Of a stretch of 64,000 nucleotides of DNA, positions 8,944 to 17,384 are shown piece by piece. The stretch's first letter is position 1; every line of letters starts with the position of its first letter. The position numbers and the translations under genes were made by a program. Where the stretch lies: the NCBI GenBank assembly GCA_022750195.1, contig JAKIWE010000001.1, positions 244,672 through 308,671 of the forward strand. The letters are read 5' to 3'. This stretch comes from Thermoplasmata archaeon (lineage in GTDB: Archaea > Thermoplasmatota > Thermoplasmata > Lutacidiplasmatales > UBA184). The notes under the pieces are model-generated. The model was not told the origin of the DNA. It saw only the letters and a list, made by a program, of their open reading frames with translations, and did not search any database.

Positions 8944-10611
8944 TTAGTCTTCGCCGAAGTCGCCGCCGCCGCCCATGCCGCCCATACCGCCCATGCCGCC
9001 CGGACCACCCGGGCCGCCGCCGCCGGGCGAGGGGCCCGACTTCGAGGCGATGACGTCGTCGATCCGCAGGATCATGACCGCGGCGTCCGTCGCGGACTCG
9101 ATCGCCTGCCGCCCGACACGGATCGGCTCGATGACGTGGAGCGCCACCATGTCGTCGACCTTGCCGAGCTTGACGTTGACCCCGGCGTACTTCTGACCGG
9201 ACTTGTGCGACTTGCGCAGTTCGATCAGGATGTCGATCGGGTCCAGGCCCGCGTTCTCAGCGAGCGTCCGGGGCACCGTCTCCATCGCCTCGGCGAACGT
9301 CTCGAAGGCCATCTGCTCGCGACCGCCGATCTTGGCGGCCTCTTCGCGCAGGCGCTGGGCGACCTCTTCGGCCGCCGCGCCGCCTCCGTAGATCATCCGG
9401 CCGTCCTCGACGGCGACGGCGACCACGTTGAGCGCGTCATCGAGCGACCGCTCGATCTCGTCGAGCACGTGCTCGGTGCCTCCGCGAATGAGAAGGCTCA
9501 CGGCCTTCGCGTTCTTGCTGCCGCTTACGAACGTCAGGGAGTCCTCCCCGATCTTCCGCTCCTCGACCAGCCCCGCGTGACCGATGTCCTCCTTGGAGAG
9601 CTCGGAGACCTTGCTCACGATGGCCGCGCCGGTCGCCTTGGCGAGCTTCTCCATGTCGGACTTCTTGACACGCCGGACGGCGTAGATCCCAGCCTTCGCG
9701 AGGAAGTGCTGGGCGAGGTCGTCGATCCCCTTCTGGCAGAAGAGGGCCGTCGCCCCGCTCTTGACGACGGACTCGACCATCCGCTTGAGCATGTTCTCCT
9801 CCTCCTGGAGGAAGGCGTTCAGCTGGGACGGGTCGTTGATCTCGATCTTCGCGTCGATCTCGGTCTTCTTGATCTCGAGCGCGGCGTCCAGGAGCGCGAT
9901 CTTCGGCTCCTTGACCTGGGTGGGCATACCCGTGTGGACCTTTTCCTTGTCGACGATGACGCCCTCGATGAGCTGGGTGTCGGTCATGGCGCCCCCCTGC
10001 TTCTTGATCATCTGGATGTTCTCGAGGTCGACGGTGTAGCCCTTCTCCCCCTTCTCGGCGACGGCACGGACCGCCTTCACCGATAGCTCGGCGAGGTGCT
10101 CGCGATCGTAGGAGACAGCTTTGCTCGCCATCGCGGTCGTCGCGATGCGCTGGAGCGTTTCGATATCCTCGAACTTGACCGGCACGGCGATCGAGTCCAG
10201 GACCTCGACGGCCTTCTGGGCCGCCAGGCGGTACCCCTGGCTGATCAGCGTCGGGTGGATGTTCTGCTCGATGAGCCCCTCGGCGCGCTTGAGCAGCTCG
10301 CCGGCGAGCACGACCGCGGTCGTGGTCCCGTCGCCGCACTCCTGGTCCTGGGTCTTAGCGACCTCGACCAGCATCTTCGCGGCCGGGTGCTCGACGTCCA
10401 TCTCCTTGAGAATGGTGACCCCGTCGTTCGTCACGACGACATCGCCCATCGAGTCGACGAGCATCTTATCGAGTCCCCGCGGACCGAGCGTCGAGCGGAC
10501 GGCGTCGGCGATCGCTTTGGCCGCCGCAATGTTGTTCCCGAGCGCCCCGCGGCCCTTCTCGCGTCGAGTTCCTTCCTTCAGCACCAGAATTGGCGTTTGT
10601 CCTGTCAGCAT
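8944..10611 (-). CDS. ths: Thermosome subunit (group II chaperonin)
   Basis: 555 aa. [11 protein letters not shown] and [30 protein letters not shown] motifs. C-terminal [13 protein letters not shown] tail. Confidence 0.97.
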   Translation of the reverse strand: MLTGQTPILVLKEGTRREKGRGALGNNIAAAKAIADAVRSTLGPRGLDKMLVDSMGDVVVTNDGVTILKEMDVEHPAAKMLVEVAKTQDQECGDGTTTAVVLAGELLKRAEGLIEQNIHPTLISQGYRLAAQKAVEVLDSIAVPVKFEDIETLQRIATTAMASKAVSYDREHLAELSVKAVRAVAEKGEKGYTVDLENIQMIKKQGGAMTDTQLIEGVIVDKEKVHTGMPTQVKEPKIALLDAALEIKKTEIDAKIEINDPSQLNAFLQEEENMLKRMVESVVKSGATALFCQKGIDDLAQHFLAKAGIYAVRRVKKSDMEKLAKATGAAIVSKVSELSKEDIGHAGLVEERKIGEDSLTFVSGSKNAKAVSLLIRGGTEHVLDEIERSLDDALNVVAVAVEDGRMIYGGGAAAEEVAQRLREEAAKIGGREQMAFETFAEAMETVPRTLAENAGLDPIDILIELRKSHKSGQKYAGVNVKLGKVDDMVALHVIEPIRVGRQAIESATDAAVMILRIDDVIASKSGPSPGGGGPGGPGGMGGMGGMGGGGDFGED

Positions 10612-10667
10612 GTTCGATTTCCTCCCGAGTTCTCACTGGGTGGTTGATTGCACTGAGTGAGCGGTTG

Positions 10668-10675
10668 TATTTAAT
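10668..10675 (-). promoter_or_regulatory. TATA box candidate for the thermosome gene (ATTAAATA on the minus strand)
   Basis: About 57 nt upstream of the ATG. GGGAGGAAAT Shine-Dalgarno-like element lies just before the start codon. Confidence 0.45.
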
Positions 10676-10774
10676 GATACCTATTGGGTCAGGCAGGACC
10701 AGGAGCTTGGGCCGACCCCATGTCCGGCGCTCTCGTTCCGCCAGCTAAGGACCTTGCTTCGCTTGTCGGTCGAA

Positions 10775-11287
10775 CTACTTCCCGGACCGGGCCGTGGCTC
10801 TTCCGAGCCGCTCCTCGAACTCCGGTGGGCGACGACCGTCAAGCACCGCGGCGAGTCGCTCGAGCACGATCCGCACATACGGCGCCGCGCCGGCTGCGGC
10901 GCGCCGGCTGAGGTTGCGATGCGTGAGCGTCAGCAGGGTCTGCGTCCCGTCAGGCTGCAGCTCCCAGCGCACGACCGCGTCCTCACCGCTCGGCTGGCCC
11001 GTCCACGGCTTGACTTTCCACTCGTACTCCCAGAGCCTCGGGGGCTGCCAGTGAAGAATTCGACCTGTCGCGTGAAGTTGACCCGGGCCGGTCGTGAAAT
11101 CGATCGAGCCGCCAGGCCGCCCATCGATTTTCGCCCGAGTTTTGTACCAGATCTCGAGCTGCTCAGGGTCGGTGAGAGCGGCCCACACCGCCTCTGGCGG
11201 ATGGTCAAGACGCACGCGGAAGGTCAACGTCGCCCGTTCGCCTTCCTTCGACACTTCTCCGACGGGTACCTGCACGAAGCTCGTCAC
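10775..11287 (-). CDS. SRPBCC/AHSA1-like domain protein
   Basis: TLTFRVRLDHPPEAVWAALTDPEQLEIWY signature. Start placed at a GTG that forms a GTGA overlap with the arsR-like stop; the track start at 11392 would overlap that gene by 109 nt. Confidence 0.7.
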   Translation of the reverse strand: MTSFVQVPVGEVSKEGERATLTFRVRLDHPPEAVWAALTDPEQLEIWYKTRAKIDGRPGGSIDFTTGPGQLHATGRILHWQPPRLWEYEWKVKPWTGQPSGEDAVVRWELQPDGTQTLLTLTHRNLSRRAAAGAAPYVRIVLERLAAVLDGRRPPEFEERLGRATARSGK

Positions 11288-11622
11288 GGGCGAGATCTCC
11301 GCTGGGGCGCGGACCGAGCCGGCCTCGAGTCCAGATGGTGAGCCAGCGCTTCGAGTTGCTGCGGCCAAAGCTCGCGGTAGCGGGAGATCCAACGATCGAG
11401 CTCACGAAGCCGCTCGGGGCGCAGGGAGTAGATGCGCTGTCGCGCTCGGGGGTGGGCCTCGACGAGGCCGACCTCGCGCAGCACCCGCAGGTGGCGCGAA
11501 ACACCAGGTTGGGAAAGACGCGGAAACTGCTTCGTCAGTTCGCCGGCGGAGCGCTCCCTGCGGGCGAGCAGCTCCAGCATCTCGCGCCGACACGGGTCGG
11601 CGATCGCGCCGAAAACGTCCAC
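11284..11622 (-). CDS. ArsR/SmtB family transcriptional regulator
   Basis: ADPCRREMLELL...ELTKQFPRLSQPGVSRHLRVLREVGLV wHTH signature. Confidence 0.88.
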   Translation of the reverse strand: MDVFGAIADPCRREMLELLARRERSAGELTKQFPRLSQPGVSRHLRVLREVGLVEAHPRARQRIYSLRPERLRELDRWISRYRELWPQQLEALAHHLDSRPARSAPQRRSRP

Positions 11623-11635
11623 GGCGACCTACCGC

Positions 11636-12064
11636 TCAGGCGCCCGATCTTGCCGGAACTGCCGGAGGCGGCCCGCTTGCTGTCTCATGAAGCGTGAACG
11701 GATTGCCGTCGGGGTCGGTGAAGTGAGCCGCCACCCCCCAGGCGGCCACGAGCGGGGTCTCTTCCTTGAATCGGACTCCTTTCGCTTTGAGTTCCGCAAA
11801 AAGTCGGCGGCAGTCGTCGACCTCCAGCACCATCCCGGTTCCGTTCCCTGGATCCCGTAGGCTCGCCGGAACGACCCCGTCGGAGGCGGCCCCGGCCGCC
11901 CAAAGGACGAGTTCGAGCGGCTGTCCTTTGGGCCCGACCGTCAGCCATCGAGGGTGACCGGGGAGCGTGTAGTCCGCCCGCCTTTCGAATCCTAACGTCC
12001 GGGTGTAGAACTCGAGCGCGGTGGTCTGGTCCTTCACCACTAGGGTCACATGACTCAGCTGCAT
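11636..12064 (-). CDS. VOC (glyoxalase/bleomycin resistance/dioxygenase) family protein
   Basis: MQLSHVTLVVKDQTTALEFYTRTLGF signature. First gene of a VOC-ArsR-SRPBCC operon. Confidence 0.85.
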   Translation of the reverse strand: MQLSHVTLVVKDQTTALEFYTRTLGFERRADYTLPGHPRWLTVGPKGQPLELVLWAAGAASDGVVPASLRDPGNGTGMVLEVDDCRRLFAELKAKGVRFKEETPLVAAWGVAAHFTDPDGNPFTLHETASGPPPAVPARSGA

Positions 12065-12128
12065 TCCGCTTCCTCCGCGGCCACCCCGACCTACCTGCGT
12101 GGGTCAGATCGGTGCCGCGATGGTATCT

Positions 12129-12144
12129 ATAATCTTAGGATTAT
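12129..12144. promoter_or_regulatory. AT-rich inverted repeat ATAATC-ttag-GATTAT in the promoter region of the VOC-ArsR-SRPBCC operon
   Basis: 6-bp perfect arms with a 4-bp spacer, embedded in tctataatcttaggattatataacg (TATA-like), 65-80 nt upstream of the VOC start. Confidence 0.35.
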
Positions 12145-12205
12145 ATAACGTCTTTCGAAATTAAATAGCGGGGGTCGTACTGGAGCTTCGCGGGACGGTC
12201 ATGCG

Positions 12206-13018
12206 TCAGCCGCCGTACCGGCGCTGACGGTCCTGGAAGGCGCGAAGTGCACGAAGAAAATCGACCTTGGTGAGGCCGGGCCAGAGCACGTCCGCGAAGT
12301 ACAGCTCCGCGTACGCCGACTGCCAGAGCAGGAAGTTCGAGATACGTTCCTCGCCACTAGTGCGGAAGATCAAGTCCGGGTCGGGAAGGTCGGCCGTGTA
12401 CATCTCCTTCGAAACGGTCTCTGGGCCGATCGCTTCGGGCTCGAGTCGCCCGGCGCGCACCTCCGAGGCGAGGTGGCGGATCGCACGGACGATCTCCTCG
12501 CGCCCGCCGTACGCGATCGCGACGTTGTAGTGGTAGTCCCGGTAGGAACTCGTGGCGTTCTCCGCGGTGGCGATCGCCTCCCGGACGAACTCCGGCAGGA
12601 GGGCGAGGTTGCCGAAGGCGCGCACCTGGATCCGGTTCTTGTGGACCCGCTCGTCGACCGCGATCCGCCGGAAGCTCTCCGCGAACAGCTCCATCAGAGG
12701 GTCGAGCTCCTCGGGGGGGCGTCCTAGGTTCTCGGTCGAGAGCGCGTAGACCGTCAGCACTCGAACGCCGACCTCGAGGCACCAGTTGAGCAGCTCTTCG
12801 AGCTTCTCCTTCCCCTGGACGTGGCCGTCGTGGATCAGCAGGCCATTGCCCCTGGCGAACCGTCGGTTGCCGTCCATGATGATCGCGAGGTGTTGCGGGA
12901 CCGGCGAGCTTGTGACCATCTGGAACAGTCGCCGTTCGGTGGCGTCGCGGAAGGCCCCGGCGATAGCGTGAGAAAGGTACGGCGACCGCTCGGCCGCGTC
13001 GCCGTCCTCCTTCGCCAT
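12206..13018 (-). CDS. uppS: Cis-prenyltransferase (undecaprenyl/dolichyl diphosphate synthase type)
   Basis: HLAIIMDGNRRFA, YALSTENL, and RTSGEERISNFLLWQSAYAELYF motifs. Confidence 0.93.
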   Translation of the reverse strand: MAKEDGDAAERSPYLSHAIAGAFRDATERRLFQMVTSSPVPQHLAIIMDGNRRFARGNGLLIHDGHVQGKEKLEELLNWCLEVGVRVLTVYALSTENLGRPPEELDPLMELFAESFRRIAVDERVHKNRIQVRAFGNLALLPEFVREAIATAENATSSYRDYHYNVAIAYGGREEIVRAIRHLASEVRAGRLEPEAIGPETVSKEMYTADLPDPDLIFRTSGEERISNFLLWQSAYAELYFADVLWPGLTKVDFLRALRAFQDRQRRYGG

Positions 13019-13073
13019 GCGATTAGGAACGAGCGCGAGGGCAATAAGTTACGTTCGCTCCGTTCGGTCGGCG

Positions 13074-14033
13074 CTAGCCCTCGTCGGGGCGAAGCAGGCG
13101 CGGGATCTCCGTGGCGAGGGTGTGGCGGCACGCCACCCCAAGTTCCCGCTCGGTCAGGCTCCGGTCCACGGCGAACTCCGGGGCCAGAAGTTCGATCGTT
13201 CCCCGGGGATTGGTGACGATCTCGCGGCGAAGGGGCGGTGCCCCCGGGTGGCCTTGCGACCAAGCGGCGGCGACCCGGTCCGCTAGCTCGATCACCGAGG
13301 CGGATTCGCCGCTGGCGACATTGAACCGAACAAAGGCCCGCTCGCTCCGGTGCTCAAGCAGATACCGAGTAGCTGACACCCAGTGATCGACGACGTCCTC
13401 GAGGTGAATGTAATCGCGGCGCTGGGTGCCGGGCGCGTTGACCCGCAGCGCGCCGGTCGGCGCCTGGCGGGCGAACTCGTTGAGAACGTTCCCTTTTACG
13501 ATCGGTCGGTCACCGACCCGGTACCTTCCGTATACGTTGCTCATGCGGAGAACCGCGCCAGACGCTCTCCCGCCCTGGACCGCCGCTTCGAGTAGCCTCT
13601 CCCCCTCGGCCTTTTGGCGCGCGTACTCGTGCGTCGGCCGAGGAGGCGTTGCCTCGGTGATCGGTAGCTGACGCGGGACTCCGACTACCGCGAAACTGCT
13701 GGCGAAGGCCACCGGCATGCCGCCCGACAACGCCCACCGGAATAGGCGGTCGCTTGCGGCGACGTTCACCGCCGCGCTCCCAACCGGGTCTTCCGCGCAC
13801 GCCATCACTCCCGGGACGGCCGCGAGGTGGAGAAGCACGTCGGAGCTGCGGAGTCGCTCGAGGGCGGATGCGTCGCGAATATCGGCCCGTTCGACGGGGA
13901 ACTCCGGTCGTTCGACCTTCCAGGGCCCCGAGAAATCATCCAGGAGGTGCAGCTCGTGCCCCGCCCGCGCGAGGGCAGGGACGAGCAGTCCGGCGATGTA
14001 GCCAGCCCCCCCGGTGATACCCACGACGGCCAC
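13074..14033 (-). CDS. NAD-dependent epimerase/dehydratase (extended SDR)
   Basis: VAVVGITGGAGYIAG Rossmann motif and YARQK catalytic motif. Start moved to the GTG at 14033; the track extension to 14156 is Arg/Gly-rich. Confidence 0.8.
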   Translation of the reverse strand: MAVVGITGGAGYIAGLLVPALARAGHELHLLDDFSGPWKVERPEFPVERADIRDASALERLRSSDVLLHLAAVPGVMACAEDPVGSAAVNVAASDRLFRWALSGGMPVAFASSFAVVGVPRQLPITEATPPRPTHEYARQKAEGERLLEAAVQGGRASGAVLRMSNVYGRYRVGDRPIVKGNVLNEFARQAPTGALRVNAPGTQRRDYIHLEDVVDHWVSATRYLLEHRSERAFVRFNVASGESASVIELADRVAAAWSQGHPGAPPLRREIVTNPRGTIELLAPEFAVDRSLTERELGVACRHTLATEIPRLLRPDEG

Positions 14034-14148
14034 GAGCGGCCGAGAAGCGCGTGGGCTTAACCCAGTGGGCTGGCGAGAGTCAAGGCGCTGTGGGCCACCA
14101 CCCCCATTATCTCGCTTTCCTCGCTCCGGGGAGGTCGGTAGGCTCTTC

Positions 14149-15405
14149 GTGCGCATCCTCCGTATCGACAGCTGGGACGGTCAGCCGGGGGGCGCCCAGG
14201 ATTACATCCGCGAGATCGGAGTCGAGCTCTCCCGACGGGGCCACACGACCGAGGTGCTCGACCTGGTGAGCGAGCCGATGGACCATCCGCCCCCTGGCCA
14301 GCGTTCGGTGAAGGTCCCCGCCGGCTGGGGGCGTCGCCTGCCGCACGACGTGATCGCCGCTCCCGACGTGGAAGCGGCGATTCGAGCGGCCGTCCGGGCC
14401 TTCCAACCCGACCTGCTCCACCTGCACCACTTCGATGCGGCGTTCGCCTCCATCGGGCGGATGGTGCCGGAGCTTCAGGTCCCTCTCGTCATGACCGCCC
14501 ACGACGCGGAGCTCGTCTGTCCGATCTCCACGCTCGTCCGCCCGGGGAACATCGTTTGCGAGGGAGGGGTGCGTCCTCGCTGTCTGTTCACGGGGTGTCA
14601 CGTCGGATTTGGAGGGCTCTACAATCTCTGGCAGCAACGTGTGTTCGACGCTCAGGTCGCTCCCCACGTGCGCGCGTACCTGTGCCCGAGCTACTCGGTG
14701 GCGGGGTACCTCCAGACGCACGGGTACCGCCCCGCTGTACACTTGCCCTCGTTCGCCCGGATCCCACCGGAGGTCGCTGCCGGCACCGTCGTTGCGCCTC
14801 CTGACGGCGTGGTGCCTACCGTCGGCTACCTGGGTCGATTGGAACAGTACAAGGGAGTCCACGACCTGATCTCGGCGATCGCGATCTTGCGTCGAACCCT
14901 GCCTACGGCTCGCCTCTCTATCGCCGGTGCCGGACCGTACCGGGCAGCGCTGGAAGCATTGGTCGAGCGCGAGGGCCTGCTCGGCGCGGTTGAGTTCGTG
15001 GGTTCGGTGAGCGGAGCCGCGAAGGAGACCTGGTTCAGCTCGGTCCACGTGCTCGCGACCCCTTCCAACTTCTGGGAGAACTTCCCGCTGGTCGCGCTCG
15101 AGGGCCTGGTCCGCGGCCGCCCCGTCGTCGGAACCGACATCGGCGGGATTCCCGACATCGTCGTCCCGGAGGAGACCGGGCTGCTCGTGCCCATCGCGGA
15201 CCCTTCGGCGCTGGCCGCGGCGCTCGGTCGATTGCTGACCGATGAGCAGCTGCGCTCGCGGCTCGGAGGCGAGGGGCGTCGACGCGTGCTGGAGAGGTTT
15301 ACCCCCGAGCTCCACGCGGACCGGTTGGAGGCCGTGTACCGCGCGATCCTCGCCGGGCGGAGCTTCCCCCCGCAGAGCGAGGCCGACGCCTGGCGGATCA
15401 GTTGA
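14149..15405 (+). CDS. Glycosyltransferase family 4 (GT-B)
   Basis: VRILRIDSWDGQPGGAQDY start. C-terminal EGLVRGRPVVGTDIGGIPDIV...ETGLLV motif. GTG at 14149 chosen, giving a 115-bp divergent promoter region. Confidence 0.85.
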   Translation: MRILRIDSWDGQPGGAQDYIREIGVELSRRGHTTEVLDLVSEPMDHPPPGQRSVKVPAGWGRRLPHDVIAAPDVEAAIRAAVRAFQPDLLHLHHFDAAFASIGRMVPELQVPLVMTAHDAELVCPISTLVRPGNIVCEGGVRPRCLFTGCHVGFGGLYNLWQQRVFDAQVAPHVRAYLCPSYSVAGYLQTHGYRPAVHLPSFARIPPEVAAGTVVAPPDGVVPTVGYLGRLEQYKGVHDLISAIAILRRTLPTARLSIAGAGPYRAALEALVEREGLLGAVEFVGSVSGAAKETWFSSVHVLATPSNFWENFPLVALEGLVRGRPVVGTDIGGIPDIVVPEETGLLVPIADPSALAAALGRLLTDEQLRSRLGGEGRRRVLERFTPELHADRLEAVYRAILAGRSFPPQSEADAWRIS

Positions 15406-15442
15406 AGGCGTGCGAGTCCGGCCAGGGAGAGCGAGGGGGCGA

Positions 15443-15543
15443 CGCCCTGGTCGGGAAATCCGGTCGCGCGACCACCGCGCGGCTTTCGAACCCGAGTCCC
15501 AAGCTCGACAGACTTAGATCCTAGACCACTAGACTACCAGGGC
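15443..15543 (-). tRNA. tRNA-Asp(GUC) with a ~28-nt insert in the T-loop (candidate non-canonical intron, about 15457-15484)
   Basis: Minus strand reads GCCCTGG TA GTCT AGTGGTCTA GGAT C TAAGT CTGTCGA GCTTG GGAC TCGGG [35 nt] CCCGA CCAGGGC G. Acceptor pairs 7/7 and T stem 5/5. Anticodon loop is CU-GUC-GA. Removing 28 nt restores TTCGAAT. Confidence 0.65.
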
Positions 15544-15760
15544 AGCGCCCGAGCGCGGTACTCTCGGCACCTCTTGAACGTTGCCCGAGTGCCGCGCCGT
15601 CGCACCGCTGCTCGAGAGCAGGTCGCTCGTGGGACCGGGATATACTCCGACGGGCCGGGACGCGGAGGGGTCCACCGCCGGAGAAGCTGCGGTGCAGTTC
15701 CCTAGTAGGGATTTATGAACCGGTAAACGCGCACTCCGGTCCCGCGAGGGGGGAACGAAG

Positions 15761-15904
15761 ATGGGAACCGTTCTTGCTTGGACGACCGCCGTCGCCATGT
15801 TGATCGCCGGGATGTTCGCGTTGCGCCAACTCGGAGTATCGGTCGGGCCGATGATCACGACCATCGTGCGGGGCGTGGCCCACTTCCTAGGGCATCCGCT
15901 CTGA
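15761..15904 (+). CDS. Small hydrophobic protein (47 aa), below the ORF-track length cutoff
   Basis: ATG preceded by gaggggggaacgaag (SD-like). MGTVLAWTTAVAMLIAGMFALRQLGVSVGPMITTIVRGVAHFLGHPL. About 80 percent G/C at third codon positions. TATA-like gatttatga lies ~50 nt upstream. Confidence 0.4.
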   Translation: MGTVLAWTTAVAMLIAGMFALRQLGVSVGPMITTIVRGVAHFLGHPL

Positions 15905-15936
15905 GCCTGCCCGTCCCCGGGGTTGGGGGCGGCTCG

Positions 15937-17109
15937 TTACCCCGCCGGGGGCCTACCCCCCACTTCGCGGAACAGTCGCTCATAGGCCGCCATGGTCACC
16001 TCCTTGCTGCGGTGCTGGAGGACATCGGTTCGGCCCTTTTCTCCCATGCGAAGCCGCAGTTCGTGCGAACCCGCGAGCTCGTCCAGTCGGGCCGCGAACT
16101 CGTCGACCGATCGCACCGCGAACCCGGCCCCGGCCGACGCAAACTCAGAGAACGCACCGGTCTCGAACGCGACGAACGGCCGGCGAACCGTCATCGCCTC
16201 CTGCACGGCGCCGCCGTACCCTTCGTAGGAGCTCCCCTGCGCGTACGCGTCACACGCTAGGAATCCGCGGATCAGCTCCGACCGGGGAATCGTCGCGCCG
16301 TCCCCGAGGAATGTCGCGTGCACGCCCAAGCGTTGGGCCAACGCACGACAGTGCGCCAGGTCGTACGGCTGCCTAGGCCAGTCGGCCCCCGTGATCACGA
16401 GATGCCAGCGGGACTTCGACCGAGCGACCCCCTCTATCACTCGGTCCATCCGCTTGTTCGGTGCATACCCACCCGCGCTCAGCAACAGGAGATCGCTCTC
16501 CATCCCGTGGTCCGTCCGGAAACCCCGGCCCAGCGCGTCGTCGAGCGGGAACTCGTCGACATCGACGGTGTGGGGAATGAGCTCGATCCGTCCCCGGTAG
16601 CCGAACTGACGGAACTGCTCCCTCTCTTGGATCGTCTGCACGACGCACGCATCGACCGCGGCCGCCGCCCGTGGAAAGTACCGCTCCGCGTAGAATCGGT
16701 TGAGAAGGTTCGGGTGCATGAACAGCTGGTAGAAATTCTGTCCCGTGAGGACCTTCGGGTATCGCAACCTAGAGGCGATCGGCAGGAACAGGTCGCTGTC
16801 CCAGATCCGGTTCCCAAAGACGTGGAGGACGTCGGTCGGCTCCTTGAGCAGCCGCCAGTAGCCGACCGGCAGGCGGATCGGCCCTCCGACGAAGTCGAGG
16901 CGACGGACGCGGTAGGTGATCGGAATCACCGGTAGCATTGGAGGGGGTGGGACGACGACCTTCTCGTCGCGCGGCGTAGCTCCGGTCCGCAGGGTCACCA
17001 CCTCGACGTCGTGACCCCGAGAGGCCATCGCGCCGGCCATCATCTCCGCCATCAGCTCCGTTCCCCCCACATCAGGGCGGAAACGGTGCACCGCGATCCG
17101 AATCCTCAC
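15937..17109 (-). CDS. Glycosyltransferase family 4 (GT-B)
   Basis: MRIRIAVHRFRPDVGGTELMAEMMAGAMASRGHDVEVVTL start. C-terminal GSSYEGYGGAVQEAM motif. Confidence 0.85.
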   Translation of the reverse strand: MRIRIAVHRFRPDVGGTELMAEMMAGAMASRGHDVEVVTLRTGATPRDEKVVVPPPPMLPVIPITYRVRRLDFVGGPIRLPVGYWRLLKEPTDVLHVFGNRIWDSDLFLPIASRLRYPKVLTGQNFYQLFMHPNLLNRFYAERYFPRAAAAVDACVVQTIQEREQFRQFGYRGRIELIPHTVDVDEFPLDDALGRGFRTDHGMESDLLLLSAGGYAPNKRMDRVIEGVARSKSRWHLVITGADWPRQPYDLAHCRALAQRLGVHATFLGDGATIPRSELIRGFLACDAYAQGSSYEGYGGAVQEAMTVRRPFVAFETGAFSEFASAGAGFAVRSVDEFAARLDELAGSHELRLRMGEKGRTDVLQHRSKEVTMAAYERLFREVGGRPPAG

Positions 17110-17384
17110 GGAGGGGCCTTCTCAAAGTCGAGACCGTCCCCCGGGCGCGACGACGACCGTCGTGATCGCCGGGTCGACCGGACCGGCCCCCTCGAAGGTC
17201 CCCGCGGAGCTGTGGTCGGGATAGCGGCGGGATCCCGAGCACTGCCGAGCATCGCCATGGAGGGTGGCCCCACCGGGGCCCGGGCTTGAAACCTTGTTGA
17301 GCAGAGGCCGTGCTGCGTCTGCAAAGGATTTGTACCGCGGGCCAGTGAAAGACCTCGGGTCGCGCGTCGCGTCCAGGTCGAGAG

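Noticed and set aside
8944-9010. Repetitive catgccgcc units at the 3' end of the thermosome gene.
   Set aside because: They encode the GGM-repeat C-terminal tail characteristic of chaperonins, not an independent repeat element.
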